Positions 1 to 13,080 of a DNA stretch of 64,000 bases are shown piece after piece (the stretch's first letter is position 1; each line of letters begins with the position of its first letter). The translations under genes and the position numbers were made by a program. The DNA is taken from the NCBI RefSeq assembly GCF_001194135.2, contig NC_068993.1:28286165-28350164 (forward strand), given 5' to 3'. The DNA comes from Octopus bimaculoides (lineage: Eukaryota). The notes beneath the pieces are model-generated. The model searched no databases and was not told the origin of the DNA. It was given only the letters and a program-made list of their open reading frames with translations.

Positions 1-729
1 CCGTTATTAATTCTGTCCGGGACAAAGCTGGGGGGATTTTCTTCCTCGACACTCCTGCAGGAACTGGCAAAACTTTTGTCACAAAATTAATATTGGCTGA
101 GATTAGGCGAACACAAGGCATTGCCTTAGCTGTGGCATCATCTGCAATTGCGGCTACTTTGTTGCCAGGCGGCAGGACAGCTCACTCCACTTTCAACCTT
201 CCGCTTGACTTAGCGAAGACGGACACACCAATTTGCAACATCAGTAACAGCTCAGATCAGGCAGAAGTGTTCAGACGATGCAAGCTTATCGTTTGGGATG
301 AATGTACAGTGGCCTACAGAGGTGCTCTTAAGGCGCTACATAGATCTCTGAGAGACATCAAAGACTCTACAGTTCCCATGGGAGGCATAACACTTCTTCT
401 TTCAGGAGACTTCAGGCAAATACTGCCAGTTATTCCCAAAGGGAATAGAGCTGATACAGTACGTGCCTGTCTTAAGTCATCTGCATTGCTAAGACATTGT
501 TACAATTGTGAGAACAATAAAACAGCTTTTTCAGGGCCACCTCACATTCTATTGTTACCCACTTCTCAGAGTGCTGCAATGCTCTAGGCAAGGCTTTCTG
601 TCCAGTTGCAAATTGATTGGTTGGTTTTCAACTTATAGCAATCTTTCCCTCAATAATCATAATCGAGTAGAATCATCAACAGTACTTTAAAACAATTAAG
701 CCCCGAGCAACGCCGGGCACTTCTGCTAG
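1..729 (+). mobile_element. Helitron 3' end with degenerate Pif1-like helicase fragment
   Basis: FLDTPAGTGKTF, AVASSAIAATLLPGGRTAHSTF, IVWDECT, LLSGDFRQILPV motifs; subterminal GC hairpin gccc..gggc (700-718), then CTAG (726-729) followed by T. Confidence 0.88.
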
Positions 730-1806
730 TAATCTTATAAAACCATAAATCTTGGAAATACAGCTACCCAGGGTATCCTGGTGGAAATAATAATTTATTC
801 CACTATTTATCAAAGTGAAAACAAAACAATTTGTCAGTTGTATTTTGAGCTGATAACGTTAAAGAAAAATACAAGGGAGATAACCAATGTTACAATAATT
901 TGATGTAAAGCAGGCATAAGCAAGATGTTAATGGTTTACTAAGTGTCCAATGGCCTACTTTTAAATTCCAACAAGATGTGTTTTTTGAAATGCAGACATA
1001 CAGAAAAAATCTTGTTCCTCAAATTTATGTATTTGTTGGAAGTTCTCAAGTTTTTAAAGAGATACAGTTTTTCAAGAGTACATACTGAACATTTTTTTTT
1101 TGGACCTGTTAATACAGGGCTTAGACTTGGAGAGGATTTTCCATTTGATGTTGAAACTGGTCACTTCGTCTTTAAGTTTCCAGATTAAAGCTGAAAGGGT
1201 TGTTGAATGTCTCTTATCATGGTACCTAAAATTTGATAGATGGTTGTTATACCTAGATTTAAATTTTCCTTCCATGGCTCCAAATATAACATTTGATATT
1301 TGTATGGCCATTGTCATAGTTCACTGAAACCTGTGCTTTATAAGCAATGAAAGATATATCACACTACTGTCCTAGAAGACATTTAGATTTGTCTCTATAT
1401 GGGCATCTAGGGCAGGCTTGAGTCCTTCATTGCTTATTGATATATGACTTAACATTAGGAGAACAAAGACATGCTAAAAGTTACCTTTTCTTGTATCTCT
1501 TAAAAGACTTGTAAACCTCCAATGGATACATAAATTCGAGGACCAAGATTTTTTTTCTATATGTCTGCATTTCAAGAAATACATCTTGTCAGAATTTAAA
1601 AGTAGGCCACTGGACACTTCATAAACCATTAATATCTTGTTTACATCTGCTTCACATTGAATTATTATAGTGTCGGTTATCTCCCTTGTTTTTTTCTTGT
1701 ATTCTTCTTTACCAGCATCTCTTGTTTAAATGTTATCTGCTCAAAAAGCAACTGAAACCCTGGGTAGCTGTATTTACAAGATTTGTGGTTTTTATTATAA
1801 GATTAT
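730..1806 (-). mobile_element. Penelope-like element remnant (GIY-YIG endonuclease end) with long inverted arms
   Basis: 1072-1317(-) FKSRYNNHLSNFR..HSTTLS..IWKLKD..IKWKIL; arms ~730-1070 and ~1490-1806 are reverse complements. Confidence 0.75.
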
Positions 1807-1861
1807 CTTTACTCAGTTGATTGACTGCTTTTCTACTTGAAACATTACCACATAATGTGGG

Positions 1862-1882
1862 TGTGCATACACATACACCCAC

Positions 1883-1975
<93 letters not shown>

Positions 1976-1980
1976 TATAT
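1862..1980. repeat. (CA)n/(TA)n compound microsatellite
   Basis: Directly visible. Confidence 0.95.
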
Positions 1981-2519
1981 TATTTAACAGCCATGTTCTA
2001 ACTGGTATGTGTTGGATGCTGTGATAAGATCCAATAAGTCTGAGAGTTGCATTGTGCCTATGTCTTCTTTGGCATATTTTCTCTGGCTGTATACTCTTCC
2101 TAATGCTAATTACTCTACAACATGTATTGGGTGCTTTTTTTGTGGTGTGATACAGCCTGCCAGACTGAGGAGTGGGGGTAAGCTATGCCTGTGCCCATGT
2201 ATATACCCATTTGAAATATTCCTGTATTTTCTACATAGGATACTAACAACCCTGATCACAAGACCTGGCCTCTGCCCAGACTCATCACCCAAAATCCTAA
2301 TCCAGGACCTCTCCCAGGGTTTTCAAGAATGTTAGACAATAGGATGTAATCTGGTTTCATCCACCCTTCACCCTCAATATTGAAAGTAGACTATCAAAAT
2401 TGTTTTTTACTACTTTAGCAAGGCACCTTCTCGTGTATAGAAAGATTTGAACCCCTATTCCATTACATTATCATATTCCTCTAACATAACTGATGTTATA
2501 CGTAAGATTAATAAATGAA

Positions 2520-2655
2520 GGAGACGACGTTGGCACGGGTGCCAGTCGTCGAATTTAACTCGATTTCGATTTCACTTGCCTCAACAGGTCTTCGCAAGTG
2601 GAGTTTAGTGTCCAATGAAGGAAGGAAAGTACGCATAAGTGGACTGGCTGAGGCC
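2520..2655 (-). mobile_element. Fragment of RTE-LINE-associated 3' sequence
   Basis: Reverse complement resembles ~31240-31345 (aggcaagtgaaatc..atcgaac; ggcacc..tgccaacgtc). Confidence 0.55.
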
Positions 2656-2663
2656 TAATGTAC

Positions 2664-2696
<33 letters not shown>

Positions 2697-2895
2697 NNNN
2701 NNNNNNNNNNNNNNNNNNNNNNNNNNNNNNNNNNNNNNNNNNNNNNNNNNNNNNNNNNNNNNNNNNNNNNNNNNNNNNNNNNNNNNNNNNNNNNNNNNNN
2801 NNNNNNNNNNNNNNNNNNNNNNNNNNNNNNNNNNNNNNNNNNNNNNNNNNNNNNNNNNNNNNNNNNNNNNNNNNNNNNNNNNNNNNNNNNNNNNN
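2697..2895. other. Assembly gap (N); further gaps at 3690-3789, 4786-5501, 6497-6609, 35546-35594, 36061-36331, 42860-43378
   Basis: N runs, mostly flanked by (TA)n. Confidence 0.99.
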
Positions 2896-3305
2896 CTGTG
2901 CGTGCGCGAGAGTCTGCGAGTGTGTGTGTGATAACAGAACATGCGTGTGCGTATGTATGTGTGTGTGTGTGTGTGTGTGCATGGTTTGGTGGTTTATCTG
3001 TTAGTGTGTATGTGTGTTTGTGTGTGTGTGTGTGTGTGTGACGTAGTGGAAGGAATTAGTAGCAGGAATAGTTAGTGGGTGCTTATGGACAATGGTGAGT
3101 GGAGATATATATATAATGTATATATATACACATTGTATATATATACAATGTATATATATATATACATATATATATATATACACACATTGTATATATATAT
3201 ACAGTGTATATATATATTTATACAATGTATGTATATATATAAAATGTATATATATATATAATGTATATATTTATATATAATGTGTATATATATATATATA
3301 AAATA
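2896..3305. repeat. (TG)n and degenerate (TA)n low-complexity tract
   Basis: Directly visible. Confidence 0.9.
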
Positions 3306-3616
3306 TATAATACAGTTCTATATTTAAGAGATGAGGAATTATTTACATTATTTACATTATTTACATTTGACGGATATTTGTCCTCATCTTGTTTGTTGTT
3401 AACACAACGTTTCGGCTGATATACCTTCCAGCCTTCGTCAGGTGTCTTGGGGAAAATTCGAACCTGGGTTCTCATTCCTAACGATGTTACTATTATTATA
3501 TTACTATTATTATTATTATTATTATTATTACTATTATTAATCAGGTCGCTGCCGTGAATCGAACTCGGAATCTTGGGGTTAGTAGCCCACACTCTTAACC
3601 ACTATGCCATATGCCC
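3300..3616 (-). mobile_element. tRNA-headed SINE-like element carrying a minimal hammerhead motif
   Basis: Minus strand: TGGCATAGTGG (A box) ... GAGTTCGATTC (B box) at 3616-3542, an (AAT)n tract, then a hammerhead core at 3446-3401. Confidence 0.65.
3401..3446 (-). ncRNA. Minimal type I hammerhead ribozyme motif
   Basis: GACAC-CUGACGA-A-GGCUG(10 nt)CAGCC-GAAAC-GU-U-GUGUU: stem I 5 bp, stem II 5 bp, palindromic ACGU stem III. Confidence 0.65.
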
Positions 3617-4648
3617 GTGGGCAATTATGGAGTGAATTATTTTTTTTAGGGCTTATAAATCTATTATTTTTCTATCCTTCCTCAATACCNNNNNNNNNNN
3701 NNNNNNNNNNNNNNNNNNNNNNNNNNNNNNNNNNNNNNNNNNNNNNNNNNNNNNNNNNNNNNNNNNNNNNNNNNNNNNNNNNNNNNNNNGTTCCAATTCT
3801 GTCTGTTTTTTTGTGTTTTATTTATATTCTTATAAAATTAATGTAAGATATAAAATATGGAATATATTTAATTCTCTATATTTAATACTCAATATTTCAT
3901 ATATTCAATAAGACATTCAATACTTCATTTCATTTTACTATTTATATTATATTATATATTCCATATTCTATATCACACATTAATTTTATAAGAATATAAA
4001 TAAAACATAAAAAACAGACAGAGTTGGAACCCTTTTAAATAATATATATATATATATATACATATATATAGCAATTAGAAAATGGAGGAGAATATGCGGT
4101 ACCCATCAACTGTGGTTTTTGTCATTTTAGTTACAAAATAAATTAATTAATTCAACGGAATAAACTGTCTGCATATTCTCCTCCATTTTCTAATTGCTAT
4201 ATAAATTTAGGGTAAAATAATACCCCCTTTTACCTGCACTCACTTATTACACTTGGTATAACACTAGTGTAACAATAATTGGGTACCCTCCCAGTAATAT
4301 ATTGGATAGATACTATCCCTTAGTGGGTTGAATCCTCAACCCCTAACTCTCTTGCATTATACACACACACACACACATATATATATTTATATATATACAC
4401 ATATATATACATACATATATATATATATGTATATACCTCAATTTAATTTTGATTTTTATAAATTGATTTTAATTGAGTTTTTACCTGTAATTTTGGTTTT
4501 TGTCCCTAATATTATTATGTATATACGTATATAAATATATATATATATATACGTATATATATATGTATATATATATGTATATGTATATATCGTTGACTGA
4601 ACACTATTCAATTTTTTTTTCTCCGTGTTTTTCTCCTTGTCTCCGTAT

Positions 4649-4685
4649 TCTTTCTGTTGAAGAGCGTAGCTCAAAACGTTAAAGA
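4649..4685 (+). ncRNA. Degenerate minimal hammerhead motif (probably inactive)
   Basis: UCUUU-CUGUUGA-A-GAGC(GUA)GCUC-AAAAC-GU-U-AAAGA; two core positions deviate. Confidence 0.4.
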
Positions 4686-6109
4686 CTTTCCGTATTCCCG
4701 AGCGTCATACTAATACATCCTTTTGTTATTTACACCACCTGTCCTCATCTGTTGTTTTTTTCGTACATTCTCCCATATATATATANNNNNNNNNNNNNNN
4801 NNNNNNNNNNNNNNNNNNNNNNNNNNNNNNNNNNNNNNNNNNNNNNNNNNNNNNNNNNNNNNNNNNNNNNNNNNNNNNNNNNNNNNNNNNNNNNNNNNNN
4901 NNNNNNNNNNNNNNNNNNNNNNNNNNNNNNNNNNNNNNNNNNNNNNNNNNNNNNNNNNNNNNNNNNNNNNNNNNNNNNNNNNNNNNNNNNNNNNNNNNNN
5001 NNNNNNNNNNNNNNNNNNNNNNNNNNNNNNNNNNNNNNNNNNNNNNNNNNNNNNNNNNNNNNNNNNNNNNNNNNNNNNNNNNNNNNNNNNNNNNNNNNNN
5101 NNNNNNNNNNNNNNNNNNNNNNNNNNNNNNNNNNNNNNNNNNNNNNNNNNNNNNNNNNNNNNNNNNNNNNNNNNNNNNNNNNNNNNNNNNNNNNNNNNNN
5201 NNNNNNNNNNNNNNNNNNNNNNNNNNNNNNNNNNNNNNNNNNNNNNNNNNNNNNNNNNNNNNNNNNNNNNNNNNNNNNNNNNNNNNNNNNNNNNNNNNNN
5301 NNNNNNNNNNNNNNNNNNNNNNNNNNNNNNNNNNNNNNNNNNNNNNNNNNNNNNNNNNNNNNNNNNNNNNNNNNNNNNNNNNNNNNNNNNNNNNNNNNNN
5401 NNNNNNNNNNNNNNNNNNNNNNNNNNNNNNNNNNNNNNNNNNNNNNNNNNNNNNNNNNNNNNNNNNNNNNNNNNNNNNNNNNNNNNNNNNNNNNNNNNNN
5501 NCACATTCTGTAATTATAAACATAATTATAATTAGGTGTCAGCTAATTGCTTCACCACATACCGAATTTAGAAATCAGCGTTAAAAAATTCCCTTTCTAC
5601 TACTGTAAGAATCTCCCAGACACACTTCTTTTAAGTAGGGAAAGAGAAAAATGAATCAACACGACTCCAATTAGCCACAGAAGCGTTTTTAGATTAAAGT
5701 GTTTAATTACTTACTTCCCGTCATCAGTGTAGCATTTCCAGTATAAAATTTGAAAGTGCTAGGGTTAAATATGCATACGATTGAACGATATTGTGCAACA
5801 GATATCCAACCAACACTTCCAAAATTTACACACCCGAATGTACATACATAGTTATCCCTTGTACTCACGTGTATGTTATGAGCAGTACTGCCGAAAACTG
5901 CAGTATTCGATCAGGGAGTAAATTATAATTTCAAATTAATAATAAAAGGGTAAAATTCATTAATCAATCAATTAATTAATACTTTTACCAAGTAGATCGG
6001 TAAAATTATTTGTGTCTTTCATTGTTCGAAAGAATAGTTCATTTTCCATGTATTCATAAAATTATTATTAATGTGAAATTTTAAATATATATAAATATAT
6101 ATATTTCAA

Positions 6110-6300
6110 GCAACAGCTAACAGACAGCTGCTGCGATGATTATCAGACGCTGCATCACGCCAATCCGGAGGAACCTCTTCACTTTGCCAAACCCTCTGAA
6201 TCACATCCATCAAAATGTGTAAAATGTGGAAGGGTGTGCCTCTCAGTTGGAGGTCTAAAAAGACAAAAGACATGTTAAGAGAGTGCATATGATGGCACCT
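6110..6300 (-). mobile_element. Non-LTR retrotransposon RT fragment
   Basis: DVIQRVWQSEEVPPDWRDA resembles RT-proximal LINE sequence. Confidence 0.55.
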
Positions 6301-6463
6301 GTTTCTCCTGCCAGCCAGCACAATTGTCTAGTATATAAGAAAATGTGTAAAAGCTTGGCTGGGCTTAAAAGTCATATAAGGGCATCATGTGGCAACAATA
6401 ATGAATCATTTCAGTAAGTCTTCATGGAAGGCTGACGTTAAACGACGACGACGACGATGATGA

Positions 6464-6496
<33 letters not shown>

Positions 6497-6814
6497 NNNN
6501 NNNNNNNNNNNNNNNNNNNNNNNNNNNNNNNNNNNNNNNNNNNNNNNNNNNNNNNNNNNNNNNNNNNNNNNNNNNNNNNNNNNNNNNNNNNNNNNNNNNN
6601 NNNNNNNNNTAGGTTTCAACTGCTAGTAGCTGAAATGCCAACTTTCTACATTAATAAATCTGCAGTCCATGCCAGTATGGAACATAGACTTGTGAAATTT
6701 TGAAAGAAAATTTTCAACTCATATATGTATATAAAGTAAATATATGTATTTAAAAATCACATTTTGTGTAGCTTATTTTGTAACCAAAAAACAGGTACAG
6801 ATTATAAACAATGA

Positions 6815-8645
6815 AAGGCTGAGTTTGGTGATTCATTTGACAGAGGTAGTAGTGATGAAAGTTACAGAGAAGGTCATAGCCTAACTACTTAGGGAGAGAG
6901 TTAGCCTAGATGAGATGCAGTTTGGTTTTGTGCCAGGCAGAAGCACCACTGATGCTATATTTCTGGTAAAGCAACTGCAGGAGAAATATCTAGCCAAAGA
7001 TAAACCTCTGTACCTGGCGTTTGTTGACTTGGAGAAAGCCTTTGACAGAGTCCCCCAATCCCATATCTGGTGGTCAATGTGGAAACTGGGGATAGACTAG
7101 TGGTTGGTAAGAGCTGTACAAGGATGGTGTCATTAAGGTGAGGGTTGGCAACGAGTATAGTGAAGAATTCCAAGTAGAAGTAGGGGTTCACCAAGGATCA
7201 GTCCTCAGTCTCCTCTTATTTATTATAGTCCTCCAGGCAATAACAGAGGAATTCAAGACAGGTTTCCCCTGAGCGCTCCTCTATCCTGATGACCTTGTCC
7301 TAATAGCCGAGTCACTGCCAGAACTAGAGATGAAATTTAGGGTGCAGAAGCAAGGTGTAGAATCGAAGGGCCTTAGTATCAACCTAGCAAAAACCAAAGT
7401 CTTAGTAAGTAGGAAGGCTGTCAAACCACAATCCCCTTCAGGTAGATGGACCTGCTTGATCTGTAGGAAAGGCGTGGGTAGAAACTCCATATGATGTACC
7501 CGGTGTAAGCTATGGACACTTAATAGGTGCAGCAATATCACAGGAAGGTTAACTGGGAAAATAGTTTTTATGTGTGGCAGATGCACAGGGACAATAAACA
7601 CTGAAGATGTACAGAAAACAGATTCCATCACATGCCAGGGGGAGAAACTAGTAGTTAATTGCTTCCGCTACCTACACGACCAAGTCTGTAGTGGGGTGGA
7701 TGCTCTGAGAGTGTAGCAGCTAGAATAAGAGCAGACTGGGAAGAGTTTGGGGAGCTCCTCCCTCTGCTGGCAACTAAGCGCCTCTTGCTCAGGATGAAAG
7801 GTAGACTGTATGATGCATGTGTGTGAACTGCCATGCTACAAGGTGATGAAACATGGACCATGACTGTTGAGGACATGCATAGGCTTGAAAGAAATAAAGC
7901 TAGTATGATCGGCTGGATGCGTAATGCCAGTGTGCACACACAACAGAGTGTAAGCACCCTGAGAGAAATGCTGGACATCAAATGTGGTGCGCATGAGAAA
8001 CAACTGCACAGGTATGGTCATGTGTTACATATGGATGAAGACAACTGCATGACAAAGTGCCACTCCCTAACTGTGGAAGGAACCTGTAGAAGTGGTAGAC
8101 CAAGGAAGACATGGGATGAGGTGGTGAAGCATGACCTTTGAACATTGGGTCTCACAGAGGCAATGACAGGAGACTGAGACCTTTGGAGATATGCTGTGAT
8201 TGAAAAAACCCAGCAACTAAAGTGAGATCGCAGCCACGTATGTCCAGCCCATCCCTGATGCTCTGTGCAACATAATATGCTTGAGAAGACCTGTTGAATC
8301 AAGCAAAACCAATATCGGCCAGTGCCCACTGACTGTGCTAGTGGCATATAAAAAGCACCAACCAAATGTAGCAGATGACAATACCTGCTGACAGGCCCCT
8401 GTGCTGGTGGGATGTAAAAAGCACTATCCAAACGTGATCAATGCCAGGCCCACCTAACTGGCTTCTGTGCTGGTGGCACATAGAAAGTACCCACTATACT
8501 CTCAGAGTGGTTGGCTTTAGGAAGGGCATCCAGAAACATTGCCAGATCAGATTGGAGCCTGGTGCAGCCGCTGGCTCTCCAGACCTCAGTCAAACCATCC
8601 AACCCATGCCAGCATGGAAAACGGACATTAAATGATAATGATGAT
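6815..8645 (+). mobile_element. 5'-truncated RTE-clade LINE pseudogene with 3' UTR and (GAT)n-like tail
   Basis: [59 protein letters not shown], interrupted by stops and frameshifts; tail ccaacccatgccagcatggaaa..gacattaaatgataatgatgat. Confidence 0.9.
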
Positions 8646-8650
8646 ATATG

Positions 8651-8709
<59 letters not shown>

Positions 8710-8716
<7 letters not shown>

Positions 8717-9080
8717 AGCACTCTGTCGCTTAAGACGTCGAAGGTTCCAGTTGATCCGATCAATGGAACAGCCTGCTCGTGAAACTAACATGCAAGTCGC
8801 TGAGCACTCCACATACACGTGTACCCTTAACGTAGTTCTCGGGGATATTCAGCGTGACACAGTGTGACAAGGCTGACCCTTTGAAATACATGTACAACAG
8901 AAACAGGAAGTTGTGGTGTACTCTTGTACAGCAGGGTTCGCCACCATCCCCTGCCGGAGCCTCGTGGAGCTTTAGGTGTTTTTGCTCAATAAACACTCAC
9001 AACGCCCGATCTGGGAATCGAAACCGCGCTCCTATGACCGCGAGTCTGCTGCCCTAACCACTGAGCCATTGCACCTCCAC
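8710..9080 (-). mobile_element. tRNA-derived SINE
   Basis: Minus-strand head GGAGGTGCAATGGCTCAGTGGTTAGGG..GGTTTCGATTCCCAG (A and B boxes); CpG-rich body; flanked by (TA)n. Confidence 0.75.
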
Positions 9081-9329
9081 TATATATATATATATATATA
9101 TATATACATACATACATACACACATATATATATATAAACATATAAGACTGATACCATGCTGTGTAGTTACCCTACATTCATGTTCCGTCTCCCTACCTCT
9201 CTTCCTGGTCAACCTACGTGCCCTACCTTTATGTCCTCTTTCCTTGTTATCCCTTAACTTGGATGTTGTATGGGATTGGGGAAATTGTAATTCAAATGAA
9301 TTGAATAATGTATAAAAGCTTTATCCCAC

Positions 9330-12300
9330 CTGGCAAGTGTTTGCACAGATCTTTTCAGGTCTCGACAAAATACTCACAATTACTGCCTCTTCCAAGTATA
9401 GAATTTCAGGGCTGCTACCATCAACATTGGCACAATGAAAGGTAGATCTGAGATTATTGAAGTGATGGAGTTTCACCATGTTGATGTGTACAAGAAGTGA
9501 GATGGAAAGAGGCCTCTGCTAGATTGCTCATGGGTAAGAAACAGATTCTACTGGGTAGGCAGGAGTGATGGAGTGGGCATACTGTTAGCAGAAAAGCAGG
9601 TGGATAAGGTAATAGAGGTAATCAGAGTATGTGATAGGGTTATTAATCTAAGACTTATAGATAAATTATGTTTATCTCTGTCTATGCTCCACAGGTTGGG
9701 CTGGCTGATGACCTGAAGAACCAATTCTACAAGGTCCTTCAACAAACTACTTCAATGACAAGTAACAGAGACTTGGTTATTGTGGCTGGTGACTTTAATG
9801 GACATGTCTGGTAGCATTCCCATGGATTCAAGAATGAGTGAGGAACAAGGCTACTGTAGTTCTGTGATGCAAATGATTTCATGGTCTGCAACACTAACTT
9901 CAGAAAACCAGCCAGCTACGTAATCACTTATCAGTTTCGTTGGCACATAAGTCAGATTGATTACCTCCTGACCAGGCAAAATAATAGGCAGATGCTCACA
10001 AATGAAAAGTCTTTCTCAGGTGAAGCATGTACACCCCAACATAGGCTAGTTAGTGACTTCAGAATTAGGGCTAGAAAGACTTGGAAAAATAAACCATACT
10101 GAAAAAGATCATGGAAGCTCAAAGACCCAGCAAATGGACAGAAATCCAAAGACATTCTAATGGAAGCCTGACAACAGAGAGGACGAAGTAGGGACATATA
10201 AATTAGAGGACAATTGGAAGTTCTTGCAGGACATTCGACTGAAGGCTCCAAACCAAATCTGTGGCTGATGCAAAGTCCCAGCTAGACTGCAGATGACATG
10301 GTGATGGACAGCACTATAAAAGCAGAGAAACAGGCCTGGAAAAATGATGGGAGCAGAGAATTATATCAGGTAGCCTGAAGGGAAGCTAGGTGACAGGTTT
10401 ACATAGCAAAAGGAATAGCTGAAGGTAAGAGGCTTGCCAATGTTCTACAGTATGAGGTGTTCAGGATTGCAAAGCAGTGTATCAGAGAGAATAGAGATGT
10501 GGTGGGGGAGAAATGTGTGCAAATGGATAATGGTATGCTTGCACTTAGTGACTCAGAGAAGAAAGATGTGAGGAAGTGCCACTATGAAGAGTTACTAAAT
10601 GTGGAAAATGAATTGAGGGACCAGCCATCAGAGTTGATAGCAGCATAATACTTAAGGCAATTAAGGATATGAAGTCAGGAAAAGCCCCTGAGCCATCAGG
10701 AATCACTGCCAAGATGATAAAAATATTCAGTGGTGTAGGATACAGCCTAGTCACCTGTATAGTTAATCAGGTTATTCAGGAAGGCACCATCTCCACTGAC
10801 TGGTGTATAGTATTACAGTTAACTGCTACAATGGGGAAGGTGATGCCTTAGATAGAAACAACTACAGAGGTATCAAACTATTAGATCAGGTCATGAAAAT
10901 TACAAGAGGGTAATAGCTCAAATGATTAGGAATAAAATTAAACTAGATGAGTTGCAGTTTGGTTTTGTACCTGGGAAGAGTACCACAGATGCCACCTTCC
11001 TAATGAGACAGCTACAGGAAAAGTATTTGGCCAAAAGTAAGCCACTGTACTTAACTTTTGTCAACCTGGAGAAAGCTTTTGACAGAAAATTCCCACTCTG
11101 TTATCTGGTGGTTTCCAAGGAAGTTAGGAGTAGAAGAGTAGCATGTTACAGCTGTACAAGCCATGTACAGTAGTGTTGCCAGTAAAGTGGTGAATTTAGC
11201 GTACAAGTAGAGGTTCACTAAGTTTCAGTTCTTAGCCCACTCTTATTCATTATATTAATAGTCCTTCAGGTCATAACAGCAGAATTCAAAACTGGATGTC
11301 TATCGGAACTACTTTATGCTGATGCCTTCACTCTTATTGCAGAAACTGTAACAGAATTGGAGAAGAGATTCCATGTATGGAAGCAAAACTTGGTATCAAA
11401 GGGCCTTAAAGTTAACCTAACAAAGACCAAAGTTGTTGTTTGCAAGAAAGAAGATAAAATTCTCTTTCCATCAAGTAAACGGCTCTGCTCAATATGTAGG
11501 AAAGGAGTTGGAAGTAATTCTATTTGCTGCACCTAGTGTAAGCTATGGACACATAAGAGGTGCAGTGGAATCACAGATAGATTAACAGATAAAACTGTCT
11601 TCATATGTGGCAGATGTGCATGAACAATAAGCACTAAGAGCACTCGGGACTTAGATTCTAAAATGCCAAGGAGGCTCTCTTGAGAATGTAAATAGTTTCT
11701 GAACCCAGGTAACCAAATTAACAATGGTGGAGGATGCTCTGAAAGTATTGATTCTAGAATAAGAATAGGATGAAGTTCAGAGAGCTATTACCTCTGTTGG
11801 TAACAAAAGGACTTTCTCTCAGAGTGAAAGGTAGACTGTATGATGCTTGCGTGCAAACGGCTATACTCCATGGTAGTGAGACACGGGCTCCGGATGTGGA
11901 AGACATGTAGAGACTGGAGAGAAATGAAGGCAGTATTCTCCGATGGATATGCAACATCAGTGTGCATGTATGGCAGTGCTAATGTATTGAGAGAAAAGTT
12001 GGACATAAGAGGAATCAAATGCAGCATGCAAGAGAAAAGACTATGCTGGTTTGGATGTGATGCATATGAATAAAGGCAGCTGTATAAGTAAGTGGAGGGT
12101 ACTCGTGGAAGGGGGAGACCCAGGAAGACAAGGGATGAAGTGATAAAGACCAATCTCAGAAAGTTGGGCTTCACGGAGGAAATGTCAATAGACTGAGATG
12201 TCTGGCAATGTGAAATTCTGAAGACCCACATATGTCAGGGGAACTGAGTTCTAGAAGAGCTGAGTGCCCCACCCACACGTAACAAGATAACTTTTCACAT

Positions 12301-13080
12301 AACCTACCCCAGCAAACCAAACTACATCTCTTTCATGCACTATGCTTATCTCTCACCCTCCAGTCCTGTCTTCGTGGCCCTGTTCACCATATTATTGCTA
12401 TCCAGTAGCCCCCCGCCCCTCTGTATACCCAGGTTTTCACCCCTCACTGCATTCTTCTCCCCACGCTTCCTTGGCAATGCCTTGCTACTTATGACCTCTG
12501 TACCTCAAAGGTATGCCCTGGCATTTGCCACCATCTATCTCTCTCTTCTTTTACTTGACCATCCCATTTATATTCTGATCCCTGTCCCTTGTGAGAATGT
12601 CTGGCATTTTGCAACCATCTCTCTCCATTACAGCAGTACAAGTTTCTGTCCTCATTCTTATTTCTCTCTGGCTAGGTAACCACGTACTTCCCCACAGCAA
12701 GACACCTGTTTCTGTCTCTCTGTTCCACTATAACCTTTCATCATCTGACACAAGATCACCTCCTCCAATGACCCTGACCCTCTCAAAGGATCTTTGTCTT
12801 GCAAGTTACTTGGTGACCCTGTCAGTGCCAAAGCATCCAGTCCACACTGTAAAGTGGTTGGCATCCAGCTGTAAAAACTGACCCTGCCAGTGCTTGTGTC
12901 ACATAAAAAGCACTCAGTCCACTCTGCTGGGTGGTTGGCGTTAGGAAGGGCATCCAGCTGTAAAAACCCAGCCAAAACAGTTACAGAAGTCTGATGCAGG
13001 CTCTTGCCTAGCCAGCTCCTGTCAAACCGTCCAACCCATGCCAGCATGGAAGGTGGATGTTAAACAATGATGATGATGAT
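9330..13080 (+). mobile_element. Degraded long RTE-clade LINE (APE endonuclease + RT) with 3' tail
   Basis: ISVYAPQVG, VAGDFNGHV, VCNTNFRK, QIDYLL (APE); KSGKAPEPSGI, QFGFVPGKSTTDA, VNLEKAFD, LYADA (RT); (GAT)n tail at ~13065-13080. Confidence 0.9.

Noticed and set aside
93-587. Pif1-like helicase ORF as a host gene
   Set aside because: It degrades after the central motifs and is followed by a Helitron hairpin + CTAG terminus, so it is a transposon relic
3542-3616. tRNA-like sequences (also ~9005-9080, 44940-45010, 51610-51680)
   Set aside because: A and B boxes are present but there is no clean cloverleaf, and they are attached to repeat bodies; these are SINE heads, not tRNA genes
1733-6641. 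Long ORFs rich in Y/I/H/T/C/V or X (also 35730-36664 and 42841-43476)
   Set aside because: They are translations of microsatellites and N gaps, not genes
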